DNA of 63,948 nucleotides, counting the filler, from Sanchytrium tribonematis (taxonomy: Eukaryota): the NCBI GenBank assembly GCA_018985235.1. It is 5 parts of 5 records of this genome, joined end to end, with 100 filler letters (N's around TTAATTAATTAA, not from the genome) between each part and the next. Parts side by side here need not be neighbours in the genome. Positions count along the whole stretch, not along the records: positions 12,953 to 25,796 come from JADGIG010000209.1; 4 more parts are not named here. One strand, written 5' to 3'. The number at the start of each line of letters is the position of its first letter. The stretch's first letter is position 1. The position numbers and the translations under genes are program-made. Positions 13,690 through 25,136 of this stretch are shown piece after piece. The notes beneath the pieces are model-generated. The model did not search any database and had not been told where the DNA came from. It saw nothing but the letters and a program-made list of their open reading frames with translations.

Positions 13690-13832
13690 ATATTATTACA
13701 AACAAAAAACAATGTCTCAAAATAATTCAAATTATGCATATTGCTTTCATTGGCGGGCGAAATGACATCAGACTCTGTATATCCTTTGATTGGACAGAGA
13801 TTCTACTTCAATTCTCTACTTCTCTGCTTTAC

Positions 13833-14675
13833 ATGTTGCTCCGTTTAGCTTTATTTGCTTTTTCAAATTGTTACACACCCAGTCCAACTGGCACGTTACA
13901 AAAAAGAGATGGAATGGTCACAGATATGGTGAATCAATATTATGAAACAGATGATTATGAAAAAGGCGTCAATACAATTGTCGAGAAATTGAAACGAGAG
14001 AATATTCCCATGTCTATTCCGGTGAATTGGTTTTACATGGGAAAAGTCAATGCGGCTGATTTCCAAAATATTCTAACCAAAGTCTCGACTTCTTTCAATG
14101 CAAATGGAATTCCCATCAAATTCTACTTAAATCATACTCAAGCAATTCGAGGTCATAAAATTGAACGTGATGACACAGTCTATCAACAGCAGTTATGGGA
14201 TACATATGCTATAAAAGAACAGCATATTTTAAATATTTTCAGTGGAGAAGTAAGTGAAAATTTAGGTGGCTGGAGTACATATCCAGGAAATAGTCCTTAT
14301 GCCCTATTTTTATCATCTCCCCATGTCTTTCGTGAAGATGAACAACACGGAGTCGGTATTATAACCCATGAATTGGGCCATTGGTTGGGATTGATTCACA
14401 CGTTTAACGGTGGTTGTTTTTCAATTGACAATGATTTTGTAAAAGACACACCTCGAACCGATAATAACACAAGACAAGATGTTGTTGCTTGGACATCTTT
14501 CACTTGGAAATGTGACACACAAGTGAAATCATGTTCCAAATCATTTGGGAATGATTTGGTGAATAACGTGATGGATTATACAAATTGTGAGATGAAATTC
14601 ACACTTGGCCAGCGATATAGAATCATGAATTTTCTTTATTGGAGATTCACCGGCAAATTGCCTTCTTTGGAATAA
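13833..14675 (+). CDS. Secreted M43 zinc metalloprotease, copy 2
   Basis: HELGHWLGLIHTF, DFVKDTP, NVMDY; start MLLRLALFAFSNCYTP matches the start of copy 3; LQKR prodomain cleavage site. Confidence 0.9.
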   Translation: MLLRLALFAFSNCYTPSPTGTLQKRDGMVTDMVNQYYETDDYEKGVNTIVEKLKRENIPMSIPVNWFYMGKVNAADFQNILTKVSTSFNANGIPIKFYLNHTQAIRGHKIERDDTVYQQQLWDTYAIKEQHILNIFSGEVSENLGGWSTYPGNSPYALFLSSPHVFREDEQHGVGIITHELGHWLGLIHTFNGGCFSIDNDFVKDTPRTDNNTRQDVVAWTSFTWKCDTQVKSCSKSFGNDLVNNVMDYTNCEMKFTLGQRYRIMNFLYWRFTGKLPSLE

Positions 14676-14845
14676 ATATTATTACAAACTATGATCGTGG
14701 GAATACTCCAGATGATGCTGTAGATTAATGTAGATCGTTCTCAAAGTTCAGTATTGCTGTTATTGGCTGGTGAAATGACATCAGACTCTGTACATCCTTT
14801 GATTGGTTAAATATTCTACTTCAATTCGTTACTTCCCCACTTCAC

Positions 14846-15697
14846 ATGTTGTTCCATCTAGCTGCATTTGCATTTTCAAATTGCTATACACCCAGTCCAT
14901 CTGAAATTACTGGTACTCTTCAGAAAAGAGACGGAATGGTCAAAGATATGGTGAATCAATATTATGAAACAAATGATTATGAAAAAGGTACCAAATATAT
15001 TATTAACAAACTGAAACGAGAAAATATTCCAATGTTTATTCCGGTGAATTGGTTTTACATGGGAAAAGTCAATTTAGAAGATTTCCGAAATATTTTAACT
15101 AAAGTCGCGACTACTTTCCATGCAAATGGAATTCCAATCGAATTCTACTTAAATCATACTCAAGCAATTCAGGGCCATAAAATTGAACATGTTGATAAAT
15201 TCTATCAACAGCAGTTATGGGATGAATATGCTATAAAAGAACAGCATATTTTAAATATTTTCAGTGGAGAAGTAAGTGAAAATTTAGGTGGCTGGAGTAC
15301 ATTTCCAGGAAATAGTCCTTATGCCATATTTCTATCATCTCCCGCAGTATTTCGTGAAGATGAACAACATGGAATCGGTATTATAACCCATGAATTAGGC
15401 CATTGGTTGGGATTATATCACACATTTGACGGTGGTTGTTTTTCAATTGACAATGATTTTGTAAAGGATACACCTCGAACTGATAATAACACAAGACAAG
15501 ATGTCGTTGCTTGGACATCTTACACCTGGGAATGCGACACACAAGTAAAATCATGTTCCAAATCATTTGGGAATGATTTAGTGAATAATGTAATGGATTA
15601 TACAAACTGCCAAATGCATTTTACATTGGGACAACGATATAGAATGATGAATTTTCTTTATTGGAGATTCACTGGCAAATTGCCTTCTTTGCAATAA
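14846..15697 (+). CDS. Secreted M43 zinc metalloprotease, copy 3
   Basis: HELGHWLGLYHTF, NVMDY; close paralog of copy 2. Confidence 0.9.
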   Translation: MLFHLAAFAFSNCYTPSPSEITGTLQKRDGMVKDMVNQYYETNDYEKGTKYIINKLKRENIPMFIPVNWFYMGKVNLEDFRNILTKVATTFHANGIPIEFYLNHTQAIQGHKIEHVDKFYQQQLWDEYAIKEQHILNIFSGEVSENLGGWSTFPGNSPYAIFLSSPAVFREDEQHGIGIITHELGHWLGLYHTFDGGCFSIDNDFVKDTPRTDNNTRQDVVAWTSYTWECDTQVKSCSKSFGNDLVNNVMDYTNCQMHFTLGQRYRMMNFLYWRFTGKLPSLQ

Positions 15698-15703
15698 ATT
15701 TAT

Positions 15704-15847
15704 TTAGGTATTCAACATACATTGAGAGATCCAATTGAATCTGTCATAATCAGTTGGAAATGTATTCGGTAATTCAGATTCATAATAAGATGCCCATGCG
15801 TCACAATCTACATAACTTAAAGCAGCCAATGTGGTAGTTAATATCAT
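15704..15847 (-). CDS. 47-aa putative secreted peptide MILTTTLAALSYVDCDAWASYYESELPNTFPTDYDRFNWISQCMLNT
   Basis: Clean ATG-to-TAA ORF below the ORF-track cutoff; stop overlaps TAAATAAA; shares a C-x2-W-A-x-Y-Y...W-I-x2-C pattern with the ORF at 25457. Confidence 0.55.
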   Translation of the reverse strand: MILTTTLAALSYVDCDAWASYYESELPNTFPTDYDRFNWISQCMLNT

Positions 15848-16263
15848 TGATATTTGATAATAGGGATCAACGATTGATATTTCATAATAGTATGTGATTG
15901 TACCAATGAGACAGACTTGTGAATTTGTTTTGCACTGTTAAATCCAATCGAGTGAACTTGCAATGGATTACCATGATCAAAATACTTAGAATAGAAATAG
16001 ACTGTGTGATCCATGCTCAAACTTGAAAGACACGTGGTTGTACAAATAACCCCGCGGGTAAACAGTTGAAAATAGATTGTGACAGAGGGGATATTTGTGT
16101 AAATTGTTTTAAAATCATTGCTTTTTAAATTGGATAGAAATGGAATCTACATTGGGAATCATGAGTCATTGATAAACGTGTATGGGTCATGACTTTAGAG
16201 GATTTCTCCGTGTTTGCTAAAAGGTCAAATCAGAATTGAAAAAGTATCTCCCTCAAACATCAA

Positions 16264-16446
16264 ATGGTACAATTAAAAGGTCGTTTGCAAGAAGTCAATC
16301 ACCCTATGATGCATAAAAAAGACATTCCATCATGTCATTTATGCTATGTATCCTTTCATACACAAAATGAATTGGAAACTCACATGACAATGCACACACA
16401 ACAACAAATTGAATTTAATCAGATAGTGCACAGTTTATTTCAATAA
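16264..16446 (+). CDS. Small single C2H2 zinc-finger protein
   Basis: CHLC..F.....L..H...H; stop overlaps AATAAA. Confidence 0.55.
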   Translation: MVQLKGRLQEVNHPMMHKKDIPSCHLCYVSFHTQNELETHMTMHTQQQIEFNQIVHSLFQ

Positions 16447-16637
16447 ATGACTTTTGAATCTACATGGCTGCATGTAATCATGCATATTTTGACAGAAATG
16501 AATGACATTTGATCCAAAAATGACAATTTTACAAGGAGGGTAAATGAAATCAAAATCAACTCCTTGGAGTCTTATCGTAAACATAAGCACGTCATTATTC
16601 AAGTCATTACAATATTGGATGATTCAATTTATTGTTT

Positions 16638-17114
16638 TTACAAGTTCAATTGCATTTCAATGGCCTGCTGTAAAGCTAATTTCCCAATTTCTGCATTTTT
16701 AGAGAATTCATTCATAAATTCATTTTGCATTCTTTTCAAGTACTTGTGAAGTATAAATTCAGCACTAGATTCAAAAACTGTCTTGTTATTTTCTTTAGAG
16801 TACATGACATGCTCTTTACAAATAAAATAATCAATAAAACTCATATTGACAGAATATTGATCCAATATTTGGGTTTTAGGGTCTAATGTGGATATTTCTA
16901 ATGCATGTGTACTAATATTATTGGATAAAAAGTGCATGAATCTGGGTAATTTGAATTCTGTTGTGATTAATCTAGTGGTTTGTAATTTACCTGAAATTAC
17001 TTTGCGATTTAAAACATCTACTGCTGATATTTGTGGACAGAACTCTGCTTTTTGCCAAATAGCATGCGAAACTTGCTCAAATGGTGAAGAAATTTGATAT
17101 TTCGTTGAAATCAT
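16638..17114 (-). CDS. PRELI/MSF1 (Ups/SLMO-like) mitochondrial lipid-transfer protein
   Basis: FEQVSHAIWQK, VDVLNRKV, KLQTTRLIT, ALEISTLDPK. Confidence 0.8.
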   Translation of the reverse strand: MISTKYQISSPFEQVSHAIWQKAEFCPQISAVDVLNRKVISGKLQTTRLITTEFKLPRFMHFLSNNISTHALEISTLDPKTQILDQYSVNMSFIDYFICKEHVMYSKENNKTVFESSAEFILHKYLKRMQNEFMNEFSKNAEIGKLALQQAIEMQLNL

Positions 17115-17153
17115 TTGTGTTTCACGGAGTCTCGTTGCGAAAAATCAATTTTA

Positions 17154-17930
17154 TTAATGTCTTTTTAATTGATCTACCCTAAATGGTGATGTATAATAAG
17201 CTACATTCTCATAAAACACTCTCTCCTGATCCAATTCCAATACTTGAAATTTATGTGAATTCACAACTTGATGAATTTTTTGTATTTCCAACAAAGCAGC
17301 AATAATTACAAGCAATCTAAATGTAAATGGGCTTGCTTGACGTGCTTTATCATAGGTAATATCATGTTCTACAATAATACTTTCCACCATTTCCACTTGC
17401 TCATTTGTAATTTTATCAATTTGTTGATCTAAAGTAAAAAACCATTCTTTAAACTTTCTAGATTGGAAATGTCTGATTTGCATCTTTGGATTATATAGTA
17501 TAGAGATACATTTGATGATTAAATTAGTTAATGGGTCTTTATGTGCATTAAATTGTGGATACAATTTGTTAATCATGGATGATTCAGTAATAAACTGCAT
17601 ATTGGATTCAATATCTGCACTCGTAGATTGTTTAATAATAGCATACTCTTCATTGGCATCATTGAGCATGTGTTGCAAATCTATCAAATGATGAATTGAT
17701 TTGCAATATAAATGATGTTGTGCAGCCAATTTAAAATCACGATTCACAATTCTCATATTTAATAAATCATCTACTGGTAAGTATTGAAAGATGTGGCATA
17801 GTGCATCTACTGGTAATTTCACTAAATTGATTTGCATTTTATGTAGTTTCATTTGAACTCCGAGGACTTCCAATTGTAATTTATCAATTCTTTGGATCAA
17901 TTTGAGTGTATGGGACATGGGATTGATCAT
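17154..17930 (-). CDS. F-box protein with coiled-coil regions
   Basis: LVKLPVDALCHIFQYLPVDDLLNMRIVNRDF. Confidence 0.75.
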   Translation of the reverse strand: MINPMSHTLKLIQRIDKLQLEVLGVQMKLHKMQINLVKLPVDALCHIFQYLPVDDLLNMRIVNRDFKLAAQHHLYCKSIHHLIDLQHMLNDANEEYAIIKQSTSADIESNMQFITESSMINKLYPQFNAHKDPLTNLIIKCISILYNPKMQIRHFQSRKFKEWFFTLDQQIDKITNEQVEMVESIIVEHDITYDKARQASPFTFRLLVIIAALLEIQKIHQVVNSHKFQVLELDQERVFYENVAYYTSPFRVDQLKRH

Positions 17931-18042
17931 TGAGATGGGATTTTATGAAATTCAATTGCATTTGAGCCAATCGGTGTGAACCAATGAGATGCATTTCATT
18001 GAAACTACCAATCAAATGCGCCAATCAGTAAAGAAAAATCAT

Positions 18043-18738
18043 TTATTCCCCAATCCTTTTTAAATAAGTCGCTAAATTGAATGGTTGTGAGTTTCGGAGA
18101 TCTGCCGAATATTTCTCGGAGTTGCTTTCTACTTGGTTCGTGATTATATCTATCTTTTTCTTGAAAATCTCAGGTAAATATTCACGGCAACCACTAATGA
18201 ATACACTTAAGTACCCTGTTTTTGATGCGAAGTGACTTTTTCCACTATTTTCAATCAAAACATCCAATAAAACTTCCACCATCTTCACCACGTCGTGCCA
18301 TTCAACAATTTGAGGACCTCGCAACCGTCTATACCATTCCAATACTTGTTTATAAAAAAAATCGTTCCGTATTCTATCAAATTCCTCCTTAGGTGGCAAC
18401 GTATAGATGTACGATTGACACACTAATTCATATTCTTGAATTGTCATTCCATCAAAATTTGCCTTTTTGAAATCAATTAAGATTCCAAAGTCTGCAATTT
18501 GACTCATGGTCAGACTGCCACCAGTTTCCAAATAGACGGTAACCAACTGAGTGAATGCAACCTTTGGATTTGCTCTTGCTTCTTCGATAGATGAAGTGAT
18601 CTGATTATTTGCAATCAATTGCTCTATTTGAGGCTCTAATTCACCATACAGCGTCATCAACTTATCAGTGACCTCAAACTGACTGTGTTGATTGCTTTGT
18701 GCTGCATACATTCCAAATACCATTACAATCCATAACAT
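18043..18738 (-). CDS. Putative secreted orphan protein (MLW family)
   Basis: 231-aa ORF with short hydrophobic N-terminus MLWIVMVFGM; paralog upstream. Confidence 0.65.
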   Translation of the reverse strand: MLWIVMVFGMYAAQSNQHSQFEVTDKLMTLYGELEPQIEQLIANNQITSSIEEARANPKVAFTQLVTVYLETGGSLTMSQIADFGILIDFKKANFDGMTIQEYELVCQSYIYTLPPKEEFDRIRNDFFYKQVLEWYRRLRGPQIVEWHDVVKMVEVLLDVLIENSGKSHFASKTGYLSVFISGCREYLPEIFKKKIDIITNQVESNSEKYSADLRNSQPFNLATYLKRIGE

Positions 18739-18901
18739 CTCCCTCCAATGTCATTGTGATCTTTTTATTTCATTTCCATCCAATCAGATTCATCTCCCTC
18801 CCCCTGATTGTTTACAAATACCCCTATTCAAAAAGGTACCCCCAAACACATTCAAAATACAACGACCCTCCATCCCCAATATTCAAATATCATTTAATAT
18901 A

Positions 18902-19297
18902 CTATTTATTAATCACATACCCATTTGGTGGTTTAAATTTATATTCTGTAAATTTGTTCATTAATTTCCATAAATTCTGAATAGATTCAAATCTGTCTCG
19001 ATCATTGATATTCAATGAATTGATATGTTCATTATAATAAGTAGTCAATACATCCAAATCTACTTTTAATGATGCCATATCATCACTTGTCATTATTTTC
19101 CAATTAATTTCAAATATAGTCAATAAATGATTAAACATGACATTTGGATGCAAATACGCATCACGAATAGATGGAATATTATCTTTATTTCTCATTAATC
19201 TATTAATATCATCTAATTTGCTATTGTATAACTCGGTTAGTGCCTTTGTACTAGTTTTTAATAAATGCATTCCAAATAATAGAGAAATCCATAACAT
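18902..19297 (-). CDS. Shorter paralog of 18043-18738
   Basis: MLWISLLFGM; SIRDAYLHPNVMFNHLLTIF aligns with SIEEARANPKVAFTQLVTVY; identical GGGAGATGTTATGGATT start context. Confidence 0.6.
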   Translation of the reverse strand: MLWISLLFGMHLLKTSTKALTELYNSKLDDINRLMRNKDNIPSIRDAYLHPNVMFNHLLTIFEINWKIMTSDDMASLKVDLDVLTTYYNEHINSLNINDRDRFESIQNLWKLMNKFTEYKFKPPNGYVINK

Positions 19298-19557
19298 CTC
19301 CCTGTAATATCAATAAATGATTAAACATGTCATTCATGATGCAATTTATGATGTCAGAATTGTCATGATGAGGTCATTTGATGAATGATTGATTGGAACA
19401 ACACACGTGCTAATATTTGCAACAAATTCAACAAATTCAATGACAAATCGACGATTATGAATCCAATTTCATTACCATTTATTGATTGGTCATTTGCTCA
19501 CTTGACTCGACTTGATTCGATCATTTCTCATCAAATCATTTCCAATATCTTTTTCAA

Positions 19558-19884
19558 ATGTCCCCTCCTCAAATCATTCTCATATTCATATTTATATGGA
19601 TATTCTTATTGAGTCTGATCATGTTAGCCATCACTTATGAATTATCAACTGTCTCATTTTACTGGATATTCCTTGGATTTGTAATTGTGTCCTATTTGGT
19701 ATTTCTCATTTTACAGTATTGTCAAGACGATGAAATGGATTCAGATGATGCATTATTGATTCCTACCATTATATTACCACATGAATCACAAGTACCTATT
19801 CCAGATCAATCTACGATTCGATCCATTCAAAATTTGAAGAATGTGCATTCAAATGATGCTGCATTTATGGATTATTTGAAATAG
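19558..19884 (+). CDS. Small two-TM membrane protein
   Basis: Two hydrophobic segments followed by an acidic tail; ends 1 bp from the MPI stop. Confidence 0.55.
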   Translation: MSPPQIILIFIFIWIFLLSLIMLAITYELSTVSFYWIFLGFVIVSYLVFLILQYCQDDEMDSDDALLIPTIILPHESQVPIPDQSTIRSIQNLKNVHSNDAAFMDYLK

Positions 19885-19885
19885 T

Positions 19886-20980
19886 TTATTTGTAAGCAAT
19901 AAATGCCAATAATGGACCATTAAATGAGATGGATTCATTAAAATAAAATGAATTGCCTTTTTTAATTTGAAATGTGTCAGATTTGCATTTTAATGAGCCA
20001 TGACCTTCCATGACAATTAAAATCGCATCTCGATGACATTCAAATACAGTATCACTCTCTTTAATATCCTGAGTCAAATCAATCTTGTAAATGTCAAATT
20101 CATCGACTAAAGATTGATATTTCCAAATAGGACCATTTTGAATGGGTTTTACGATTAAATCTTGTTTTGAGTATTGTTTCCAACTCAACATGTTTAATAA
20201 AGTATCCACATCTCTAAATTTGGGTGTTAAACCTGCTCGTACGACATTATCTGAATTGGCCATACATTCCATGCAATCTCCTGATAAATACGCATGGGGT
20301 TCATTGGCACTCATAAATAGTGCTTCATATTGATTCAATGTAATGTGATTCATGAAAATAGGACAGAAAATGCCGACATCATTGGGATATTGTGCATTTA
20401 ATCGAATAATGAGAGAAATCAGTGGATGTTGACTATATTTGGTATCTGATTCAATTCTATGCATTAATTTGGTATACATTTCAGTCATTTGGGATGTCGT
20501 GGCATTCATGAGACTCGTAAAGAGTGATTTTAAATCATGTTTCACATTCAATGATTTGATTTCTGGCACTAAATTCAAATGCATTTGATAATCAGATTCA
20601 CTACAGAATCCACTTAATGCTTCAAATGTATTTAATGCGATACACATTTCTGGTTTGTGATTATCATCTTTGTAATGCGTGGGATCTGTTTTATGCAAAT
20701 ATTCTGCTAATGGTTTATCAGGATGGGCTTGGATGGATAATGCTTTTTGGATGGATAGTACTTTGAATAAAAATGGCAATTGGGTGATTGTGGATAATAA
20801 TTGGTGATTAGGGAGGGTGGAACAAGCATTTGGGTGTGTGCCCATCCAATATTCAGCAAATTTCACATGAGATGGATTAATTGGAGTAGGCTGATTGGAT
20901 TGATGGATTTGATAAACCATTCCATCCGTGGATTTACCCCATTCATAATTTTGAATCTTTCCAATAATTGGGGTGATCAT
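19886..20980 (-). CDS. PMI40: Mannose-6-phosphate isomerase (type I)
   Basis: NYEWGK, AEYWMGTHP, LPFLFKVLSIQKALSIQAHPDK, YKDDNHKPEM, EPHAYLSGDCMECMANSDNVVRAGLTPK. Confidence 0.97.
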   Translation of the reverse strand: MITPIIGKIQNYEWGKSTDGMVYQIHQSNQPTPINPSHVKFAEYWMGTHPNACSTLPNHQLLSTITQLPFLFKVLSIQKALSIQAHPDKPLAEYLHKTDPTHYKDDNHKPEMCIALNTFEALSGFCSESDYQMHLNLVPEIKSLNVKHDLKSLFTSLMNATTSQMTEMYTKLMHRIESDTKYSQHPLISLIIRLNAQYPNDVGIFCPIFMNHITLNQYEALFMSANEPHAYLSGDCMECMANSDNVVRAGLTPKFRDVDTLLNMLSWKQYSKQDLIVKPIQNGPIWKYQSLVDEFDIYKIDLTQDIKESDTVFECHRDAILIVMEGHGSLKCKSDTFQIKKGNSFYFNESISFNGPLLAFIAYK

Positions 20981-21118
20981 GACTCTGTTTCAAAAAATAT
21001 TCAGATTTGCAAACACCTTGTTGCTATGGTGTGATTGGTGTGCAAACTTATATTATAGTTTGCAACGCGTTGATTTGTCTAATAGTTAATATAATTCGGT
21101 CGAATCCCCATTATTAAA

Positions 21119-21631
21119 ATGATGATTTCAATTGTATTCGCACAAAATGCTTTACAAAATGCTGGTGACCAATTCACTAAAAGTATTACTACTGATGGTA
21201 GCAATGCTGTAGAAGCGCAAAAAGCATTCTTTCAAGCACAGCAAGACTTTGTAGCTCAACAAGTTGCTGCTTCTGGAAATGGTGCTCCAACTGGACAACA
21301 ACCAACTGGACAACAGCCAACTGGACAACAGCCAACTGGACAACAGCCAACTGGACAACAGCCAACCGGACAATCTGGTACACCTGCAGTCAGTCCACCT
21401 ACCGTCAACCCTGGTGACCCATCTGCTGCTGCAAATACTGGTGATCAATCTGCCAATGCGCCAAATGCCAATCAGCCATCCATTTCAAGTGACAACTCCA
21501 CTTCTTCTGACAATTCCACGTCAAGCGACAATTCAACATTGAATTCAACTACTCCAAAGAAGAGTGGATCAAGCAATGTTCAATTTGCTACTACGACATT
21601 GATGATTATGTCTGTTGCAAGTTATTTATAA
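21119..21631 (+). CDS. Ser/Thr/Gln/Pro-rich putative GPI-anchored surface protein
   Basis: Short signal MMISIVFA, QQPTG and SSDNST repeats, hydrophobic C-terminus after SGSS. Confidence 0.7.
   Translation: MMISIVFAQNALQNAGDQFTKSITTDGSNAVEAQKAFFQAQQDFVAQQVAASGNGAPTGQQPTGQQPTGQQPTGQQPTGQQPTGQSGTPAVSPPTVNPGDPSAAANTGDQSANAPNANQPSISSDNSTSSDNSTSSDNSTLNSTTPKKSGSSNVQFATTTLMIMSVASYL
21287..21373 (+). repeat. 15-bp coding tandem repeat (CCAACTGGACAACAG), about 5.8 copies; 18-bp SSDNST x3 near 21485-21538
   Basis: Read directly from the sequence. Confidence 0.9.
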
Positions 21632-21646
21632 ATAAAGATATTTTTA

Positions 21647-23980
21647 TTAAACGAATGCTGGGGGTTTTGGCCCTTCCATCGGATCTTTAGGAGGCGTATA
21701 TTGTTTAGTGGGTGTATTTGATAATTCATAAAATGCCTCATTAACAGTTGAATGGTCATATGTTTCACCATTTAAACCTTTTGGAAGATTGGCCACTTCT
21801 TGTCTATAATCATGAGATTTTTGCATGTTTTGAGCAGCAGTTTTCATTTTCTCCAATCTGTCTTGATCTGATTTAGAGTATTTTTGTTTATATTTAATGG
21901 TTCCAAATGAACCAACCCACAATAATCTACGCCACGCATTTGGAATTGCAATTTTAGATGCTTGGTATATATGCTTTGTTTCTGTCCCAACTGCAGTCAC
22001 ACCATCTTTAGTTGATTGCCAAGGACTCGTTAATCTCTTTTTTAATTGATAAAAACTATCCTTGGGTCTACAAATTGACCTCCACAAACTAAAATGATCC
22101 ACAGTTTCAGTCACTTTCATCGTTTTAAGAATATTTTCTGATAATTTATCAACGTCAAATGTAGGTGCTGCTGGTTTCTTTCTCATGATAAATCTCTTGA
22201 ATTTATCAGCAATGCCATCTCCAAATACGATGCCAATAGCAGATGCCATAGATCCTAACACAAATGATCCCAAGATGATATCGCTCATTTTTAATAATCC
22301 TTCTACTGCAGCATTGAATGCAATCGAAAATGATTCATGATAAGAAGCCATATGATCTGCAAATATGCCAATTCCATAAAATTTGACGGATACTTTCAGG
22401 ACTATGGTTAATATTTTAACAAATGGGGCTGCAACTTTAAAGAATTTTCTAGTTCTAGTCAATCCTGCATTTTCATCTAATCGTTGTTTTTGTTTTTTTA
22501 ATTCATCCATCGTATTTTGATAATTTGATTTTATACTTTCATCAGTCTCGTGAGTGTGCTTGTACTTTATTTCATTGATACGCTGTTGTAAATAAGATTG
22601 TGCTTGATCAATGACAGCTGGATGTGATAAAATATCAAAATCTCCTTGAGATATTTCAGGAATTTCCCCATCTTTGGTGGGTTGTAATCTCAACATGGCT
22701 GCTGATGCATCTGCTAAAAACATGATATTCTTTTTTTGATCCGGTCCCATTTGATCAATCACTGTCTTTGCTAATCCTTCTTGTTGAATAATTGCTAATA
22801 ATTTAGTACGCGCTTTCTCATCGTTTAAAATTGCTTTGACTTTTTCAGTCACTTTATCCGATTTTGCAACATTTAATGCATGTGCGTCTCCCTTGGTATT
22901 AAAATTCACGGGTATTGATTCTCCAGAATTTTTCACATCTCTTGAAAGTTGCTGGAACACATCTGAATGAACCGTGTTATAATATTCTTTTTCAAAATAA
23001 GTCGCACTTGCTTCATCTAATGACTGTGAAATAGCCACAAACATTTCTTTTGCATTATGGCCATTATTAATCAACATTTTTAAGAATGTAAATCCAGCTA
23101 ATGCACTGCCAACTACAGCAGCAGCAATTTCCACAATATGAATCGAATAAGCACCCAATACGACACCAATAACAACAAATGAAGCATCGTGTGGCATTTC
23201 ATTCTTTAATACTTCTCGTTGTTTGAGTAATACTCTTGCTTTAGTGACATCTTGTGGTCTGGTTGATTCGTATACGGTTTGTTTTTGAATAAATTTGCTT
23301 TTCAAATCATTCATCTTCTTTTTCAAATCTTGATCTGATTTGCTGAATTTCTTGTTATCAAAATGTCTCAATTTAGACAACAAATATTCTGTAGATAATG
23401 GAGACCTTAAGAGATCTTCGATTGTATTTTTATCAAATATAGCATCATATTGTTGTGCGGTATGTACCTGGTACAATTTCTCCACTTTCTTCATGGCAAT
23501 TTTAATCTCTTCAGCACCATCAAATCCATCTTGTGCAACTCCAAATTGCTTGCTTGCTTCTTCACTTAATTTTTGATCATTTGATTGCAATTTCTGTTGG
23601 ATATATTGCACAGCTTCTTGAGAAACTGCTACTAATTTAATATCTTCTGCAGAAATTAATTTTGCATTGCCTTGTTCTATATTCTCTTTAATCTCAATTA
23701 ATTTGTTGATAATCATTTCTGCTTGTAGTCCAAATTGGACATCTAATGGATTTTTATCAAATATATTTTGTAATTTGTAATATAATCCTTGATTCTTTTT
23801 GAGTTCTTTGTATAATTCCAATTTTTGATCAGCTATTTTGGTATCTGAGCGTGTATGTTGCTTTGATAACAAAGGTGTTTTTTCTGTAGTATGTTGATTT
23901 GTTAATCCGCCAAGAAAGCCATCCCGCCTACCATTTCGTTCTGCATGTATTAATGTTATAATAAAAAGCAAGAAGATCAT
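21647..23980 (-). CDS. 777-aa orphan protein with signal peptide and two internal hydrophobic helix clusters
   Basis: Long ORF starting MIFLLFIITLIHA; hydrophobic tracts ASFVVIGVVLGAYSIHIVEIAAAVVGSALAGF and IILGSFVLGSMASAIGIVFG. Confidence 0.7.
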   Translation of the reverse strand: MIFLLFIITLIHAERNGRRDGFLGGLTNQHTTEKTPLLSKQHTRSDTKIADQKLELYKELKKNQGLYYKLQNIFDKNPLDVQFGLQAEMIINKLIEIKENIEQGNAKLISAEDIKLVAVSQEAVQYIQQKLQSNDQKLSEEASKQFGVAQDGFDGAEEIKIAMKKVEKLYQVHTAQQYDAIFDKNTIEDLLRSPLSTEYLLSKLRHFDNKKFSKSDQDLKKKMNDLKSKFIQKQTVYESTRPQDVTKARVLLKQREVLKNEMPHDASFVVIGVVLGAYSIHIVEIAAAVVGSALAGFTFLKMLINNGHNAKEMFVAISQSLDEASATYFEKEYYNTVHSDVFQQLSRDVKNSGESIPVNFNTKGDAHALNVAKSDKVTEKVKAILNDEKARTKLLAIIQQEGLAKTVIDQMGPDQKKNIMFLADASAAMLRLQPTKDGEIPEISQGDFDILSHPAVIDQAQSYLQQRINEIKYKHTHETDESIKSNYQNTMDELKKQKQRLDENAGLTRTRKFFKVAAPFVKILTIVLKVSVKFYGIGIFADHMASYHESFSIAFNAAVEGLLKMSDIILGSFVLGSMASAIGIVFGDGIADKFKRFIMRKKPAAPTFDVDKLSENILKTMKVTETVDHFSLWRSICRPKDSFYQLKKRLTSPWQSTKDGVTAVGTETKHIYQASKIAIPNAWRRLLWVGSFGTIKYKQKYSKSDQDRLEKMKTAAQNMQKSHDYRQEVANLPKGLNGETYDHSTVNEAFYELSNTPTKQYTPPKDPMEGPKPPAFV

Positions 23981-24160
23981 GGCAAATGGACCACGGGATT
24001 ATTAAATAGACAATGACAGAATTCCAATTTCAAACAGAGTCTGTGATTGGTTCTAAAGTCTGAAATCAGGATCTCTGCACGAGAAATGACTTGCATGAAT
24101 CAACGTGATTCCCGCCTACTTGATCCAGTTTACCAATACCAATTGACGTACAAGTATTTA

Positions 24161-25136
<976 letters not shown>

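Noticed and set aside
21152..21542. Alternative-frame repetitive ORFs (WLLSS, LAVVQ, LDNSQ)
   Set aside because: Shadows of the 15-bp QQPTG coding repeat
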